Source: an uncultured virus (IMG/VR IMGVR_UViG_3300025902_000021) (lineage: Duplodnaviria; Heunggongvirae; Uroviricota; Caudoviricetes). Taken from it: 64,000 nucleotides of DNA. This document shows positions 35,897 to 45,311 of this stretch, in pieces (position 1 is the first letter of the stretch; each line of letters begins with the position of its first letter). Below the pieces are notes generated by a model. The model saw only the letters and a program-made list of their open reading frames with translations, had not been told where the DNA came from and did no database searches. Both the position numbers and the translations under genes were made by a program. The stretch is from IMG/VR virus record IMGVR_UViG_3300025902_000021; one strand, 5' to 3'.

Positions 35897-36179
35897 ATCA
35901 TACATACAAATTGGAGGAAAGCTCTATGACAAAGATGGACCGCTTCCTGAACTGGATGGATCGGGTTACAGATCGCCAACCATTATGGGTGATCTACCTG
36001 ATTTTATTAGTCCTATCGACGGCACTGTGGTACGGGGCCGTGCAGGTATGCGCGAGCATTGTAAGAAGCATGATGTAGTCCCCACCGCTGATTTGAAGGG
36101 GTTGCCGGTTGGCCGCCCCTCGTATGAACCTGACCGCGGTGCGATCAGGGAGTCGTTGAAGCGCCAACTCTACAAATAA
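35886..36179 (+). CDS. Small conserved head-region protein
   Basis: DFISPIDGTVVRGRAGMREHCKKH motif. Confidence 0.7.
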   Translation: MARKSYIQIGGKLYDKDGPLPELDGSGYRSPTIMGDLPDFISPIDGTVVRGRAGMREHCKKHDVVPTADLKGLPVGRPSYEPDRGAIRESLKRQLYK

Positions 36180-36191
36180 AGGAAAAATCCC

Positions 36192-37298
36192 ATGTCCGAT
36201 GATCTGCGTTCCGTATTGGAGTCAGCCGTTGAAGAACACTCTGAGCCCGTTCAAGTCGAGTCCTCCCCCACTCCTGCGCCGTCCGAAGCGGCTGCGCCCG
36301 TACAATCGTCGGATGCGCCGGAGCAATCCAATGCTACGCCTTCGGATCAGCCTGTCGAGAAGTCAGCACCTGAACTTCCTAGCATCGAGGAGGTTGCTAG
36401 CAAAGATGGCAAGCCGGTGGAGGACAAAGCTGAGACTCCAACGGATCGTCAGCGGGTTGATCTAGCCCCCCAATCATGGAAAGGTGAGTCCAAGAAGGTC
36501 TGGACCGAGCTTCCTCTCAACGTTCGTCAGGAAGTCATACGGCGCGAACGTGAGATCACGAAGGGGTTGAGCGAAGCGGCTCAGGCTCGTCAGCAAGTCG
36601 GTCAGATTCAAGAAGTCCTCCAGCCTCACATGGATCGCATCAATACGATCTATGGCGGCAATTCGATCCAGGCTATCACTAACTTGATGGGCATCGAGCG
36701 CACCCTGGCCAGCGGCGATCCCGTCTCCAAGGCTCAGCTGGTAGCGAAGATGATCAACCACTTCAAGGTGGATCTTGTAACTTTGGATAAGTTGCTTGTA
36801 GGCGAAGCCCCCACCCCCGAGGCTCAGCAGCAAACCAACATCGAGAAGTTGCTTGAGCAGAAGCTGGCGCCCTTCCAGCAATTCATCTCTATCCAACAGC
36901 AACGTGAGCAGGAGAAGGCCCGCCAAGTTGAGCAAGAGACGATCCATACAATCGAGTCAATGGCGGTTGATCCCAAGTTTCCGTACTTCAATGAGGTGCG
37001 GAATGATATGGCGGATCTCATCGACATCGCCGCGAAAAAAGGGCTTTACTTATCATTAGAGCAGGCGTATACTAAAGCTGTCCGTATGAATGATGGTACT
37101 TTTGAAGCCTCAACCGTAAGAGACACCACTCAAGCTGCTACCCAAGCAGCGCTGCAAGCTCACCAAGCGGCCCAAAAGGCCAAAGGAGCTGCGGTTAGTG
37201 TAGGTGGCTCCCCTACTGGTATTGGCGGGAATGCCGGAAACTCAGCGGATTTGCGCGGAACCATTCTCGCAGCTTTGGGTGATGCAGGACGGCTATGA
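36192..37298 (+). CDS. Scaffolding protein
   Basis: Acidic Pro-rich N-terminus; APQSWK...W.ELP; coiled coil; precedes capsid gene. Confidence 0.8.
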   Translation: MSDDLRSVLESAVEEHSEPVQVESSPTPAPSEAAAPVQSSDAPEQSNATPSDQPVEKSAPELPSIEEVASKDGKPVEDKAETPTDRQRVDLAPQSWKGESKKVWTELPLNVRQEVIRREREITKGLSEAAQARQQVGQIQEVLQPHMDRINTIYGGNSIQAITNLMGIERTLASGDPVSKAQLVAKMINHFKVDLVTLDKLLVGEAPTPEAQQQTNIEKLLEQKLAPFQQFISIQQQREQEKARQVEQETIHTIESMAVDPKFPYFNEVRNDMADLIDIAAKKGLYLSLEQAYTKAVRMNDGTFEASTVRDTTQAATQAALQAHQAAQKAKGAAVSVGGSPTGIGGNAGNSADLRGTILAALGDAGRL

Positions 37299-37483
37299 CA
37301 GGCTTTACTGATTTCTTGGTGAAGGAGATCATCGGCCCTGGTAACAGGATCGAAGGTGCCAACCCTACCCCCATCGTGTTCCGAGGAACTCCCGTTGTAG
37401 TTGGAGGTGTCCAGCGGACGACACCTGCCGGAGCCGAAGTGCCCACCGGAAGTCCCGTCAGCACAACCCACCAACCTCGATAG
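37295..37483 (+). CDS. Small hypothetical protein
   Basis: ATGA overlap; fills scaffold-capsid gap. Confidence 0.45.
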   Translation: MTGFTDFLVKEIIGPGNRIEGANPTPIVFRGTPVVVGGVQRTTPAGAEVPTGSPVSTTHQPR

Positions 37484-37492
37484 GAGCCCAAA

Positions 37493-38473
37493 ATGGCTTT
37501 TGCAAATCCCTCGATCAGTGATGTCATTGCGACCACGATCCAAAATCGCTCTGCGATCATCGCCGACAACGTCACCAAGAACAATGCCCTTCTCGCTCGC
37601 TTGAAGCAGCGCGGGAACGTGAAGAAGTTCTCCGGTGGTAACGTCATCCTGCAAGAACTCTCTTTCGCCGAAAACGCCAATGCCGGTTACTACAGCGGCT
37701 ATGAAACTCTGCCGGTCGCCGCGCAGGACGTGATCTCCGCAGCCCAGTATGACATCAAGCAAGCGGCCTGTCCGGTCACTATCTCCGGCTTGGAACAATT
37801 GCAAAACGCCGGCAAGGAGCAGATCATCGACCTGCTCGAAGGCCGCATCGCTGTCGCTGAATCCACCATGGCCAACCTGATTGCCGGCGGCTTGTACTCC
37901 GATGGTACGGGCTATGGCGGCAAGGAAATCTCCGGCCTGAACCTCCAGGTGCCGATCAACCCGGCAACTGGCTCCCCCGGTGGCATCGACCGTGCTACGT
38001 GGAATTTCTGGCGCTCCCAAGCTTTCGACTTCACTACCAACGGCGGTGCGGCTGTTACCGCTGCGAACATCCAGACCTACATGAACAAACTCTGGGGCTC
38101 CCTGGTTCGCGGAAATGACCGTCCCGACCTCGTGATTGTGGACAGCGTCCTTTGGGGCCTGTACATGAACAGCTTGCAGGCGATCCAGCGCTTCACGTCC
38201 AGCGACTCGGCCAACCTCGGTTTCGTCACTACGAAGTTCATGGATGCCGACGTGGTGCTCGATGGCGGTATCGGCGGCTTCTGTCCGGCTTCGACGGGCT
38301 TCATGCTCAATACCAAGTACCTGTTCTATCGTCCGCATGCCCAACGTGATATGGTCGCTTTGTCTCCGGGCAAACGCTACTCTGTCAACCAGGATGCGGA
38401 AGTTCAGATTCTGGCTTGGGCCGGCAACCTGACCTCCTCTGGTCTGCAGTTCCAGGGCCGCATGAACGACTAA
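37493..38473 (+). CDS. Major capsid protein
   Basis: IADNVTKNNALL.RL; SGG..I; YSGY; LYSDGT; GGIDR.TW.FWR; position. Confidence 0.92.
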   Translation: MAFANPSISDVIATTIQNRSAIIADNVTKNNALLARLKQRGNVKKFSGGNVILQELSFAENANAGYYSGYETLPVAAQDVISAAQYDIKQAACPVTISGLEQLQNAGKEQIIDLLEGRIAVAESTMANLIAGGLYSDGTGYGGKEISGLNLQVPINPATGSPGGIDRATWNFWRSQAFDFTTNGGAAVTAANIQTYMNKLWGSLVRGNDRPDLVIVDSVLWGLYMNSLQAIQRFTSSDSANLGFVTTKFMDADVVLDGGIGGFCPASTGFMLNTKYLFYRPHAQRDMVALSPGKRYSVNQDAEVQILAWAGNLTSSGLQFQGRMND

Positions 38474-38479
38474 CTTGGC

Positions 38480-38510
38480 GGGGGCGCAGGACTGGCCCCC
38501 GGTTTTCTCT
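38480..38510 (+). terminator. Hairpin/weak terminator after capsid gene
   Basis: GGGGGC...GCCCCC followed by GGTTTTCTCTT. Confidence 0.5.
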
Positions 38511-38525
38511 TGAAAGGAGAAAATC

Positions 38526-38969
38526 ATGGCAGTAGCAGGTGCAAACATCGCCAACGCCGCAGGTCGTCCCGACAGTGCTGGCAACCCTTGGACCGCTCGG
38601 GTCATCCAAGACCCGATTGGTGCCTATGTCGAAGCCCCGACCGAAACCCGGTTTGCGGCAGCGACCAACTATATCGGCTTCCAGAACAAGCGGGCGTACA
38701 GGACCAACGTCTTGGCACAGGGCAGCATCATTAGTACCACCACGCCCCCGCAACCTGATTGGCAGGTGCCAACCAACGACAACGATGCCCTCGGCACCGC
38801 TGCCCAAGGCGCGCAGTGGGTTCGTGCGGCAGGCACCATTGCCGAAAACGGAACTTGCACGGTAACGGCAGGCGCGGCAACCGCAGGCGCAGGCACGTTC
38901 GAATGCAACGTCACAGGCGGCGTCGTCGCTGGCGACTTCTTCTGGGCCAACGTCGTAGCAGAGTCGTAA
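38526..38969 (+). CDS. Virion structural protein, same protein as 155-598
   Basis: Identical translation; AAGGAG RBS. Confidence 0.75.
   Translation: MAVAGANIANAAGRPDSAGNPWTARVIQDPIGAYVEAPTETRFAAATNYIGFQNKRAYRTNVLAQGSIISTTTPPQPDWQVPTNDNDALGTAAQGAQWVRAAGTIAENGTCTVTAGAATAGAGTFECNVTGGVVAGDFFWANVVAES
38562..38953 (+). repeat. Apparently identical direct repeat, copy 2
   Basis: Matches 191-582. Confidence 0.92.
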
Positions 38970-38970
38970 G

Positions 38971-39855
38971 ATGCTACCGGGCGCGCGTACTGACAACGGG
39001 GCGATTTACGTCACCCAAGGGCCACCTCCTGCTGGCACTCCGCTGGTAGGGGGCATTGCTGTCAGCCCTCTGGGCGTGATCTACGCCTCGCAGTCCGTCG
39101 CGCCCGTGTTCGACCCAGAGGACTTGTTCCAGAACAGCGAGCAAGGCGCATGGTACGACCCGTCCGACCTCTCCACGATGTTCCAAGACGCCGCAGGCAC
39201 TACGCCGGTCACTGCGGATGGTCAGCCGGTCGGGTTGATCCGCGATAAGTCAGGACGCAACAACCACGCCTCGCAAGCCACCGCCGCCAAGCGTCCGCTG
39301 TACAAGACCGATGGCACGCTGCACTGGTTGCAGTTCGATGGAGTGAATAGTGCGCTGGCGACTGCGAGTATTGACTTCACCGTTACTGGCAATGTCACTG
39401 TATTTATCGGCATTGATAAATTATCGGATGCTACTGTAGGCACGGTTTTTGGCATTGGTGATGTGAATGTCAATAATAGGTGTTTATATATCAGAGCGCC
39501 GGGGGATATTGGAACCCCAACCTATCGCATAGGAATGAAAGGCCCAGCATGGGCAGAAGCAAATGGTGGAATAGCAACTGCCCCAGTCACTAACGTAATA
39601 ACTGACATTGCTCAGTGTGCAGCACCAAGGCAGGAACTTAGGATAAATGCAGTATCTTCTGTGGTCAATACCGATAATCCAGCTATGCCGACGTTTGGAA
39701 ATCTTCCAATTTACATAGCGGAAACTGGGTCAGGAATGCAGTATAGTAATTCTCATATCTACTCCCTGATTGCCCTCGGTCGCCTCGCCACCACACAGGA
39801 AATCACTGACACTGAAACATGGGTCGCAAATAAGACAGGAATTTCGCTTCCATGA
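38971..39855 (+). CDS. Virion surface protein, ConA/LamG-like
   Basis: Shared N-terminus with 600-1595; WLQFDG; lower-GC beta-rich variable part. Confidence 0.65.
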   Translation: MLPGARTDNGAIYVTQGPPPAGTPLVGGIAVSPLGVIYASQSVAPVFDPEDLFQNSEQGAWYDPSDLSTMFQDAAGTTPVTADGQPVGLIRDKSGRNNHASQATAAKRPLYKTDGTLHWLQFDGVNSALATASIDFTVTGNVTVFIGIDKLSDATVGTVFGIGDVNVNNRCLYIRAPGDIGTPTYRIGMKGPAWAEANGGIATAPVTNVITDIAQCAAPRQELRINAVSSVVNTDNPAMPTFGNLPIYIAETGSGMQYSNSHIYSLIALGRLATTQEITDTETWVANKTGISLP

Positions 39856-40598
39856 GCAATTTCTCAGCATCCATCCCCGTTGCCGATATGGCTGCGGCCA
39901 ACGCCACACTGGAACTGGATGGCTATGGCCCGGACAACTTCAGCGTGCCGGCCTACGCCGGACCCACAGCCTCTGTTGCACTGCTCCATGCATGGGGCGA
40001 CCCGGACTTCGAGGCGGCAGTGGCAGCGATTCCCGGTGTGACCATCGTCCAAGGCGATGAACCAACGATGACCACCACGGCAGCAGCAACGGCCAAGGGT
40101 TCAACATGGGGAACTGATGCGCAACCGCTAACCGGCACAGTGTCTCCGGGACTCTACGTGGACGCTGACGGGGTGCTGTGGTGGGTTATCCAGTCCTACA
40201 ACACCGCGGCTTATCCAGATCCAACGATCATCCCAGCACTGATCCGTCAAGCAAAGATTCCCGGCGAGGCATTGCCATGGGTCCAGCCAATCGACCAGTA
40301 CGATGCCTACAAGTTGGTCAATCCATTCACGGGCGAGGGCGACTATTGCACCCACAAGGGTAGCAAGTGGCAGGTCACGCAGGCGGATGGCGCTGGCAAC
40401 AATGTCTGGGAGCCGGGCGTGTTCGGCTGGAACAACATCGGCCCTGACCTGAACATCACCACCGACCTCGATGGTGACGGCTTCCTCGATGTGGTGCGGT
40501 TTGACAATGGCACCCTCAAGATTACCGAGGACGCAGACTCCATCGACATCGACCTGAACGGCGATGGCATTTCCGACATTCACATTCCGAAGCCCTGA
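39852..40598 (+). CDS. Virion protein with CBM5/12-like motif plus DxDGDG calcium-binding-like extension
   Basis: Homologue of 1595-2191; extra DLDGDGFLD and DLNGDGISD. Confidence 0.65.
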   Translation: MSNFSASIPVADMAAANATLELDGYGPDNFSVPAYAGPTASVALLHAWGDPDFEAAVAAIPGVTIVQGDEPTMTTTAAATAKGSTWGTDAQPLTGTVSPGLYVDADGVLWWVIQSYNTAAYPDPTIIPALIRQAKIPGEALPWVQPIDQYDAYKLVNPFTGEGDYCTHKGSKWQVTQADGAGNNVWEPGVFGWNNIGPDLNITTDLDGDGFLDVVRFDNGTLKITEDADSIDIDLNGDGISDIHIPKP

Positions 40599-40600
40599 CC

Positions 40601-41377
40601 ATGAACTACGTAAACGGGTTCAAAGTTGATAACGACGGCACGCTGCAAGTCGGCCCGCCACCCATCACGCACTACGCGATGGGCTTGCCGTTCAACGCTG
40701 CGGATGGTCTGGTCATCCAATTGAATCAGCCCGAGTCGCCCGGTGATGCCTACGTGGGTGGCATCCGTGTCGGTCCTTTGGGTGGCGTCTATGCGGTGGA
40801 TGAAACGCCCTCCACCGCTGTTCCGCCCGTCAATACCGTCCTCCCCGACACCACAGGTGACGCGAAGGTTGGGTCGGTGCTGACGACCACTCAGGGTACG
40901 TGGACCGGCACTGCGCCGATCACCTACGCCTACCAGTGGTACAGCGGCATCAACGTCATTACCGGCGCGACGGCCAACACCTACACGGTACAGGTCAGCG
41001 ACCTTGGGAATGCGGTTCTCTGCCAAGTGACCGCGACCAACGCTGCCGGGGGTGCTTCGGCAACTGGCCCCGGCGTCCGCATCGTATCTGCCCGCTACAA
41101 CTACCTGACCAATGCGGGTGTTCCTGCGACGGGATATGTCAGTGCGGGAAGTGTCAGCGCGCCGAATCAGGTTCGCATCAACGAAGTCGACAAGGATGGC
41201 TTCGACCACAATGGGCCGTTCTCCCGTATGCGGATTGGCGACAGTATTTTCGTCGGCACCCAAGAGGGCATCATCGCGCAGGAACCCATCGATGCGGGGG
41301 GCTACTACATCTTCGAGATGGTGTCGTGGCCTGCGTTGGCTGACGGCGCCTACGACGTAACACTTAGCTTCAACTAA
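40601..41377 (+). CDS. Ig-like domain virion protein
   Basis: Close homologue of 2188-2967. Confidence 0.7.
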   Translation: MNYVNGFKVDNDGTLQVGPPPITHYAMGLPFNAADGLVIQLNQPESPGDAYVGGIRVGPLGGVYAVDETPSTAVPPVNTVLPDTTGDAKVGSVLTTTQGTWTGTAPITYAYQWYSGINVITGATANTYTVQVSDLGNAVLCQVTATNAAGGASATGPGVRIVSARYNYLTNAGVPATGYVSAGSVSAPNQVRINEVDKDGFDHNGPFSRMRIGDSIFVGTQEGIIAQEPIDAGGYYIFEMVSWPALADGAYDVTLSFN

Positions 41378-41431
41378 CAGCGGGTAGTCATGCCCCGTTT
41401 CCCAAGCATCGACACAAAAAGGAGAATCCAA

Positions 41432-42025
41432 ATGCAAGCAACTCTGCCGTCGTATGACGAATCAGCGGTGATGGACAACAGTCAAATCGCCCGCTACGCA
41501 ATGGACAAGAAGCTGGTCGTGAATTTCTACGTCCGCGCTGTTCAGAACACCTTCAAAACCGCACAGGAAGGTCGCCCGATCTTCGATGAGTCGGAGTTCG
41601 TTCGCATCATCATCCCGGGCGACACCAAGACCATCATCGACACCAAGGTCACTGCCGAGTACCGCCACCGCTTCCAGGACAAGTACGAACGGTTCCAGAA
41701 GGGGATGGCGCAGGCACAGTCGGGAACGCCGCTGGAAGTGTGGCCGCAGATGACTGTTGGTCAGGTTGCCGAACTCAAGGCCACCGGCATCACGACTGTC
41801 GAGCAACTGGCCGAACTGTCCGACACCAACGCCCAGAAGTTCATGGGTTCGTTCCAGCTTCGCCAGAAGGCACAGGCGTTCCTCGAAGCCGCTGCCGGTG
41901 ATGCCGCCAACAGCAAGCTGGCCGCTGAACTGGAGAAGCGCGACGTGGAAATCGCCGCGCTGAAGGCCCAGATGGAGCAGATCCTCAAGGTCAAGGCCAA
42001 ACCCGATTCACCCAAGGCCGCATAA
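41432..42025 (+). CDS. Conserved phage protein
   Basis: AAGGAG RBS; homologue of 3022-3603. Confidence 0.7.
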   Translation: MQATLPSYDESAVMDNSQIARYAMDKKLVVNFYVRAVQNTFKTAQEGRPIFDESEFVRIIIPGDTKTIIDTKVTAEYRHRFQDKYERFQKGMAQAQSGTPLEVWPQMTVGQVAELKATGITTVEQLAELSDTNAQKFMGSFQLRQKAQAFLEAAAGDAANSKLAAELEKRDVEIAALKAQMEQILKVKAKPDSPKAA

Positions 42026-42034
42026 GGAACCACC

Positions 42035-42253
42035 ATGAAAAATGATCCGTGGGTACATCGTAGCGATAACATGAAGTGCAAATCTTGCATGTGGTTTGTG
42101 CCGAAGGTTGCACAAGAACCTGTATTACCAGAGGTCTATGACTTGGGTCGCTGCCGTCGTCATTGCCCGACAATGGGCGGCTTCCCCGTCGTGTTTGTCA
42201 ATGATTGGTGTGGCGACCATCGTCTTGATGAAAACAAGCTGTTCAAGGGGTAA
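42035..42253 (+). CDS. Small Cys-rich metal-binding protein
   Basis: CKSCMWF...GRCRRHCP...DWCGDH. Confidence 0.65.
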   Translation: MKNDPWVHRSDNMKCKSCMWFVPKVAQEPVLPEVYDLGRCRRHCPTMGGFPVVFVNDWCGDHRLDENKLFKG

Positions 42254-42256
42254 CTT

Positions 42257-42976
42257 ATGCTCGGAACTGCCATTCAGTGCATCAAGCAAGCATCTGCCGA
42301 ACTGGGCTTGCCCATTCCGGTCGAGGTTGCCGCGTCTAACAACGCGCAGGCGCAGCAGATGCTCGCGCTGCTCAACGCCTGCGGCAACGAGTTGGTGCGT
42401 TCGTTCGAGTGGCAGTTCCTTCGCAAAACGGCGTCCATTTCACTCATCGCTGGACAGTCGGAGTACGCGCTGCCCTCTGACTTCTCCAAGCTGATGAATC
42501 AGACGCTTTGGGAAGAGGGTAACATCTACTCGGTCATCGGCCCCGTATCGGGCCGCGCGTGGGCGTACCTGAAGAATAGCGTCACGCTGGCCCCGCAATA
42601 CTGCTTCATCATCAAGGACCGCAAGTTCCAGTTCGCCCCCACACCCGGAACAGACGGGCAGGGAACCGGCGACATCAACTTCGATTACTTCGCCGAGGGG
42701 TGGGTACAGGACGGCAGCAACCCGAATGTCTATCGCGCCCTCACCCTCGCTGACAATGACATCCTCCAGTTCGACTTCTGGCTGATCGTCAAGTTCCTCA
42801 AGCTGAAGACGTGGGAGGCCAAGGGTCTGGACACGACCGCGCTGCGCGACGACTTCATGCGTACCTTCTCCGACGTGACGGGTCAAGACAAGGGCGCGCC
42901 CGTGCTCGGGCTGGTCAGACGGTGGGACTCCCTGCCGACGCCTGTTGCACCTGAAACCGGCTTCGGGTTCATCTGA
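42257..42976 (+). CDS. Head-tail adaptor / tail tubular protein A-like
   Basis: Homologue of 3947-4672. Confidence 0.75.
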   Translation: MLGTAIQCIKQASAELGLPIPVEVAASNNAQAQQMLALLNACGNELVRSFEWQFLRKTASISLIAGQSEYALPSDFSKLMNQTLWEEGNIYSVIGPVSGRAWAYLKNSVTLAPQYCFIIKDRKFQFAPTPGTDGQGTGDINFDYFAEGWVQDGSNPNVYRALTLADNDILQFDFWLIVKFLKLKTWEAKGLDTTALRDDFMRTFSDVTGQDKGAPVLGLVRRWDSLPTPVAPETGFGFI

Positions 42977-44559
42977 TGCCGGTCACGCACAAGCCCCGTC
43001 AGTCCGTCGCTGCAGGGAAGTCTATCCCCGCGCCGGTTGGTGGACTGAACGCATACAACGGTCTGCCCGCCATGCCGGAGGGGGACGCGATTATCATGCG
43101 CAACTTCCTGCCTGCGCCTTATGGTTGTCCGGTGCGGAAGGGCTACCAACTGTTCGCCGATGGCTTCTCCGAGGGTGTCGGCACAGTCATGGCATGGCGC
43201 AGTGACGACGGCAGCAGCAAGCTGTTCGCTGTCGATGCTGACACCATCTACGACGCGACCGATGGCGGCACGATGACCATCGCGGAAGCAGTGGTTGGCT
43301 CCACGAACCCGTGGTGGCAATCCACTTCGTTCGCCAATGCTGCCGGTGTCCATCTGATCGCCTTCAACGGTATTGACGACGGCTTCTGGTACGGCCCTGC
43401 CGGTTACGCGCCGCTGATTGCCGGTGACGGAACAGCCAGCGGTACATGGTCGGGCATCGACCCGAAGAAACTGGTGAATGTGGTCGTCCACCAGAAGCGT
43501 ATCTGGGCTGTCGAGAAGGATAGCAACCTTGCATGGTATCTCCCACCGGAGCAGGTCTATGGCGTGGCAAAGTCGTTCGATTTTGGTGGGTGCTTTAGCA
43601 AGGGCGGGTTCCTCCAGGCTCTGGCGACTTGGACAACTGACTCGGGAACAGGCATCGATGACAAGTTGCTCGCCATCTCCAGTCAGGGAGAAGTCGCCAT
43701 CTACACCGGCTACGACCCTGAAGACCCCACCATCTGGAAGCTCGAAGGAGTCTACAACGCCGGAGAAACCTTCAGCCGTCGCTGCTGGACCAAGTATGGC
43801 GGCGACTGTGCCATCCTGACCCAGTACGGGGTCATCACCATGTCCTCCCTGCTGTCGGCAGAGGAGTCGGTGTCGGCCAACAGTCTGTCGCTCAAGGTGC
43901 AGAAGATTTTCAGCGACCTTGCTGCTGAGGGCGAATATCGCGCAGGCTGGCAAATCATCAACTACCCGAACGACGACTTGTTGCTGGTCAATATTCCTGG
44001 TCTGTCCATCTCGTCCAACTTCCAGTTAGCGATGAACACCATCACGAAGGGCTGGACGGAGTTCGTCGGGTTCAACGCGCAGTGCTGGACGCGCTACGGG
44101 TCGAACCTCGTCTATGGCGGATTTCAGGCACTCTACATCGGGCTGACCGGACGCACCGACAATGCCGACATGAACGGCGAGAACGGTGTCGCCATCCGCG
44201 CCGAGGTGCAACAGGCGTTCAGCTACTTCGGCACACAGGGTCAGAACAAGCACTTCAAGATGTTCCGCCCCACGTTCGTCTATGGTGGCGACTTCAACAT
44301 CCGCGCGCAGGCGAACATGGACTTCGACTTCGGCGGCACCCCGCCTGCTGCCTCTCCCCCGTACTATAAGTACGGCATCTGGGACGAGGATGTCTGGGAC
44401 GGCGGCGCGGTCTGGTCGGGCGGACTGTTGTCGGCGAAACAGTGGGTGTTCGTCAGCGGCATCGGCTACGCGGCGTCCATCCGGATGCAGGTCGAGACTG
44501 CTGCCGAGGTGACGTGGGTCAGCACTGACTGGGCAATGGAGAACGGGGGCATCGTATGA
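42976..44559 (+). CDS. Tail nozzle / tubular protein B-like
   Basis: Homologue of 4672-6243. Confidence 0.8.
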   Translation: MPVTHKPRQSVAAGKSIPAPVGGLNAYNGLPAMPEGDAIIMRNFLPAPYGCPVRKGYQLFADGFSEGVGTVMAWRSDDGSSKLFAVDADTIYDATDGGTMTIAEAVVGSTNPWWQSTSFANAAGVHLIAFNGIDDGFWYGPAGYAPLIAGDGTASGTWSGIDPKKLVNVVVHQKRIWAVEKDSNLAWYLPPEQVYGVAKSFDFGGCFSKGGFLQALATWTTDSGTGIDDKLLAISSQGEVAIYTGYDPEDPTIWKLEGVYNAGETFSRRCWTKYGGDCAILTQYGVITMSSLLSAEESVSANSLSLKVQKIFSDLAAEGEYRAGWQIINYPNDDLLLVNIPGLSISSNFQLAMNTITKGWTEFVGFNAQCWTRYGSNLVYGGFQALYIGLTGRTDNADMNGENGVAIRAEVQQAFSYFGTQGQNKHFKMFRPTFVYGGDFNIRAQANMDFDFGGTPPAASPPYYKYGIWDEDVWDGGAVWSGGLLSAKQWVFVSGIGYAASIRMQVETAAEVTWVSTDWAMENGGIV

Positions 44560-45311
44560 ACGACCTCGCGCTCCAGACCATCGGCAAACAGTTTTACGAA
44601 CAGTCAGAGGTGGTCATCCAGACCATGCTTCACGAAGAGCAGGTGCCTTGTCCACTTATCCACAGGTTCGGTCCGGGCATGTACATCCGTGAAGCGCACT
44701 ACGCGGCTGGCTCGCTCATCGTCGGACATCTGCACAAGCTCCCACATTTGAACAACTTCATTAAGGGTCGGCTGAAGATGCTGAACCCTGACGGCACAGT
44801 TACCGAGATGGTTGCCCCCGTGTCGTTCATGGGCAGCCCTGGTCGCAAGATTGCCTACATGGTCGAGGACGTGATCTGGCAGAACGTGTGGGCGACCGAC
44901 AAGACCGACATCGATGAGGTGGAGGCCGACTGTTACGATATTCCACAGTTCTGGTTCGACCGGCTGGTTGCCGACATGCCCAAGGCACTTCCCTCTCCGC
45001 AACCCATTGTTCCGGACGTGGTGACGATTCCCATGCCAGCCATGTGGAATAGCGCGATTGACCGCAAGACGCCTGATGGTTCGCGGGGGTTCTTCGCCAC
45101 CATGCCGGTCGCTGCCGGAAAGCCGATTGCCCCGCTGCTGATCGACGGGAAGCACACCCCCGCCCGTCACGCCCGCTGCTCTGAAACCCCGAACGCCAAG
45201 GCACTTGTTGCCGATGACGGGGTGACGTATCTTGTAGCCATTCAACCGCTGGCTGGCTGCGTTGGCGGCGACCTCGGAACTGAAGTATTGATCGAAGGAG
45301 AGAACAAATGA
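44556..45311 (+). CDS. Cupin-fold protein with degenerate SET-like C-terminus
   Basis: HRFGPGMYIRE..GHLHK..H; RGFFAT...ARCSETPNA...LVAIQP...GTEV. Confidence 0.6.
   Translation: MNDLALQTIGKQFYEQSEVVIQTMLHEEQVPCPLIHRFGPGMYIREAHYAAGSLIVGHLHKLPHLNNFIKGRLKMLNPDGTVTEMVAPVSFMGSPGRKIAYMVEDVIWQNVWATDKTDIDEVEADCYDIPQFWFDRLVADMPKALPSPQPIVPDVVTIPMPAMWNSAIDRKTPDGSRGFFATMPVAAGKPIAPLLIDGKHTPARHARCSETPNAKALVADDGVTYLVAIQPLAGCVGGDLGTEVLIEGENK

Larger units (their letters stand above)
155..38525. mobile_element. Phage unit A: apparently complete ~38.4 kb podovirus-like genome, no integrase recognised
   Basis: Full set of terminase, portal, scaffold, capsid, tail, ejection and replication genes between two copies of the same gene (155 and 38526). 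Confidence 0.88.

Noticed and set aside
34379..35905. Long antisense ORFs (also 5095-6072, 37160-38605, 47805-49016, 49701-51098, 55234-56439, 59941-61044)
   Set aside because: Shadow frames opposite well-supported genes in GC-rich coding DNA; no motifs or RBS.
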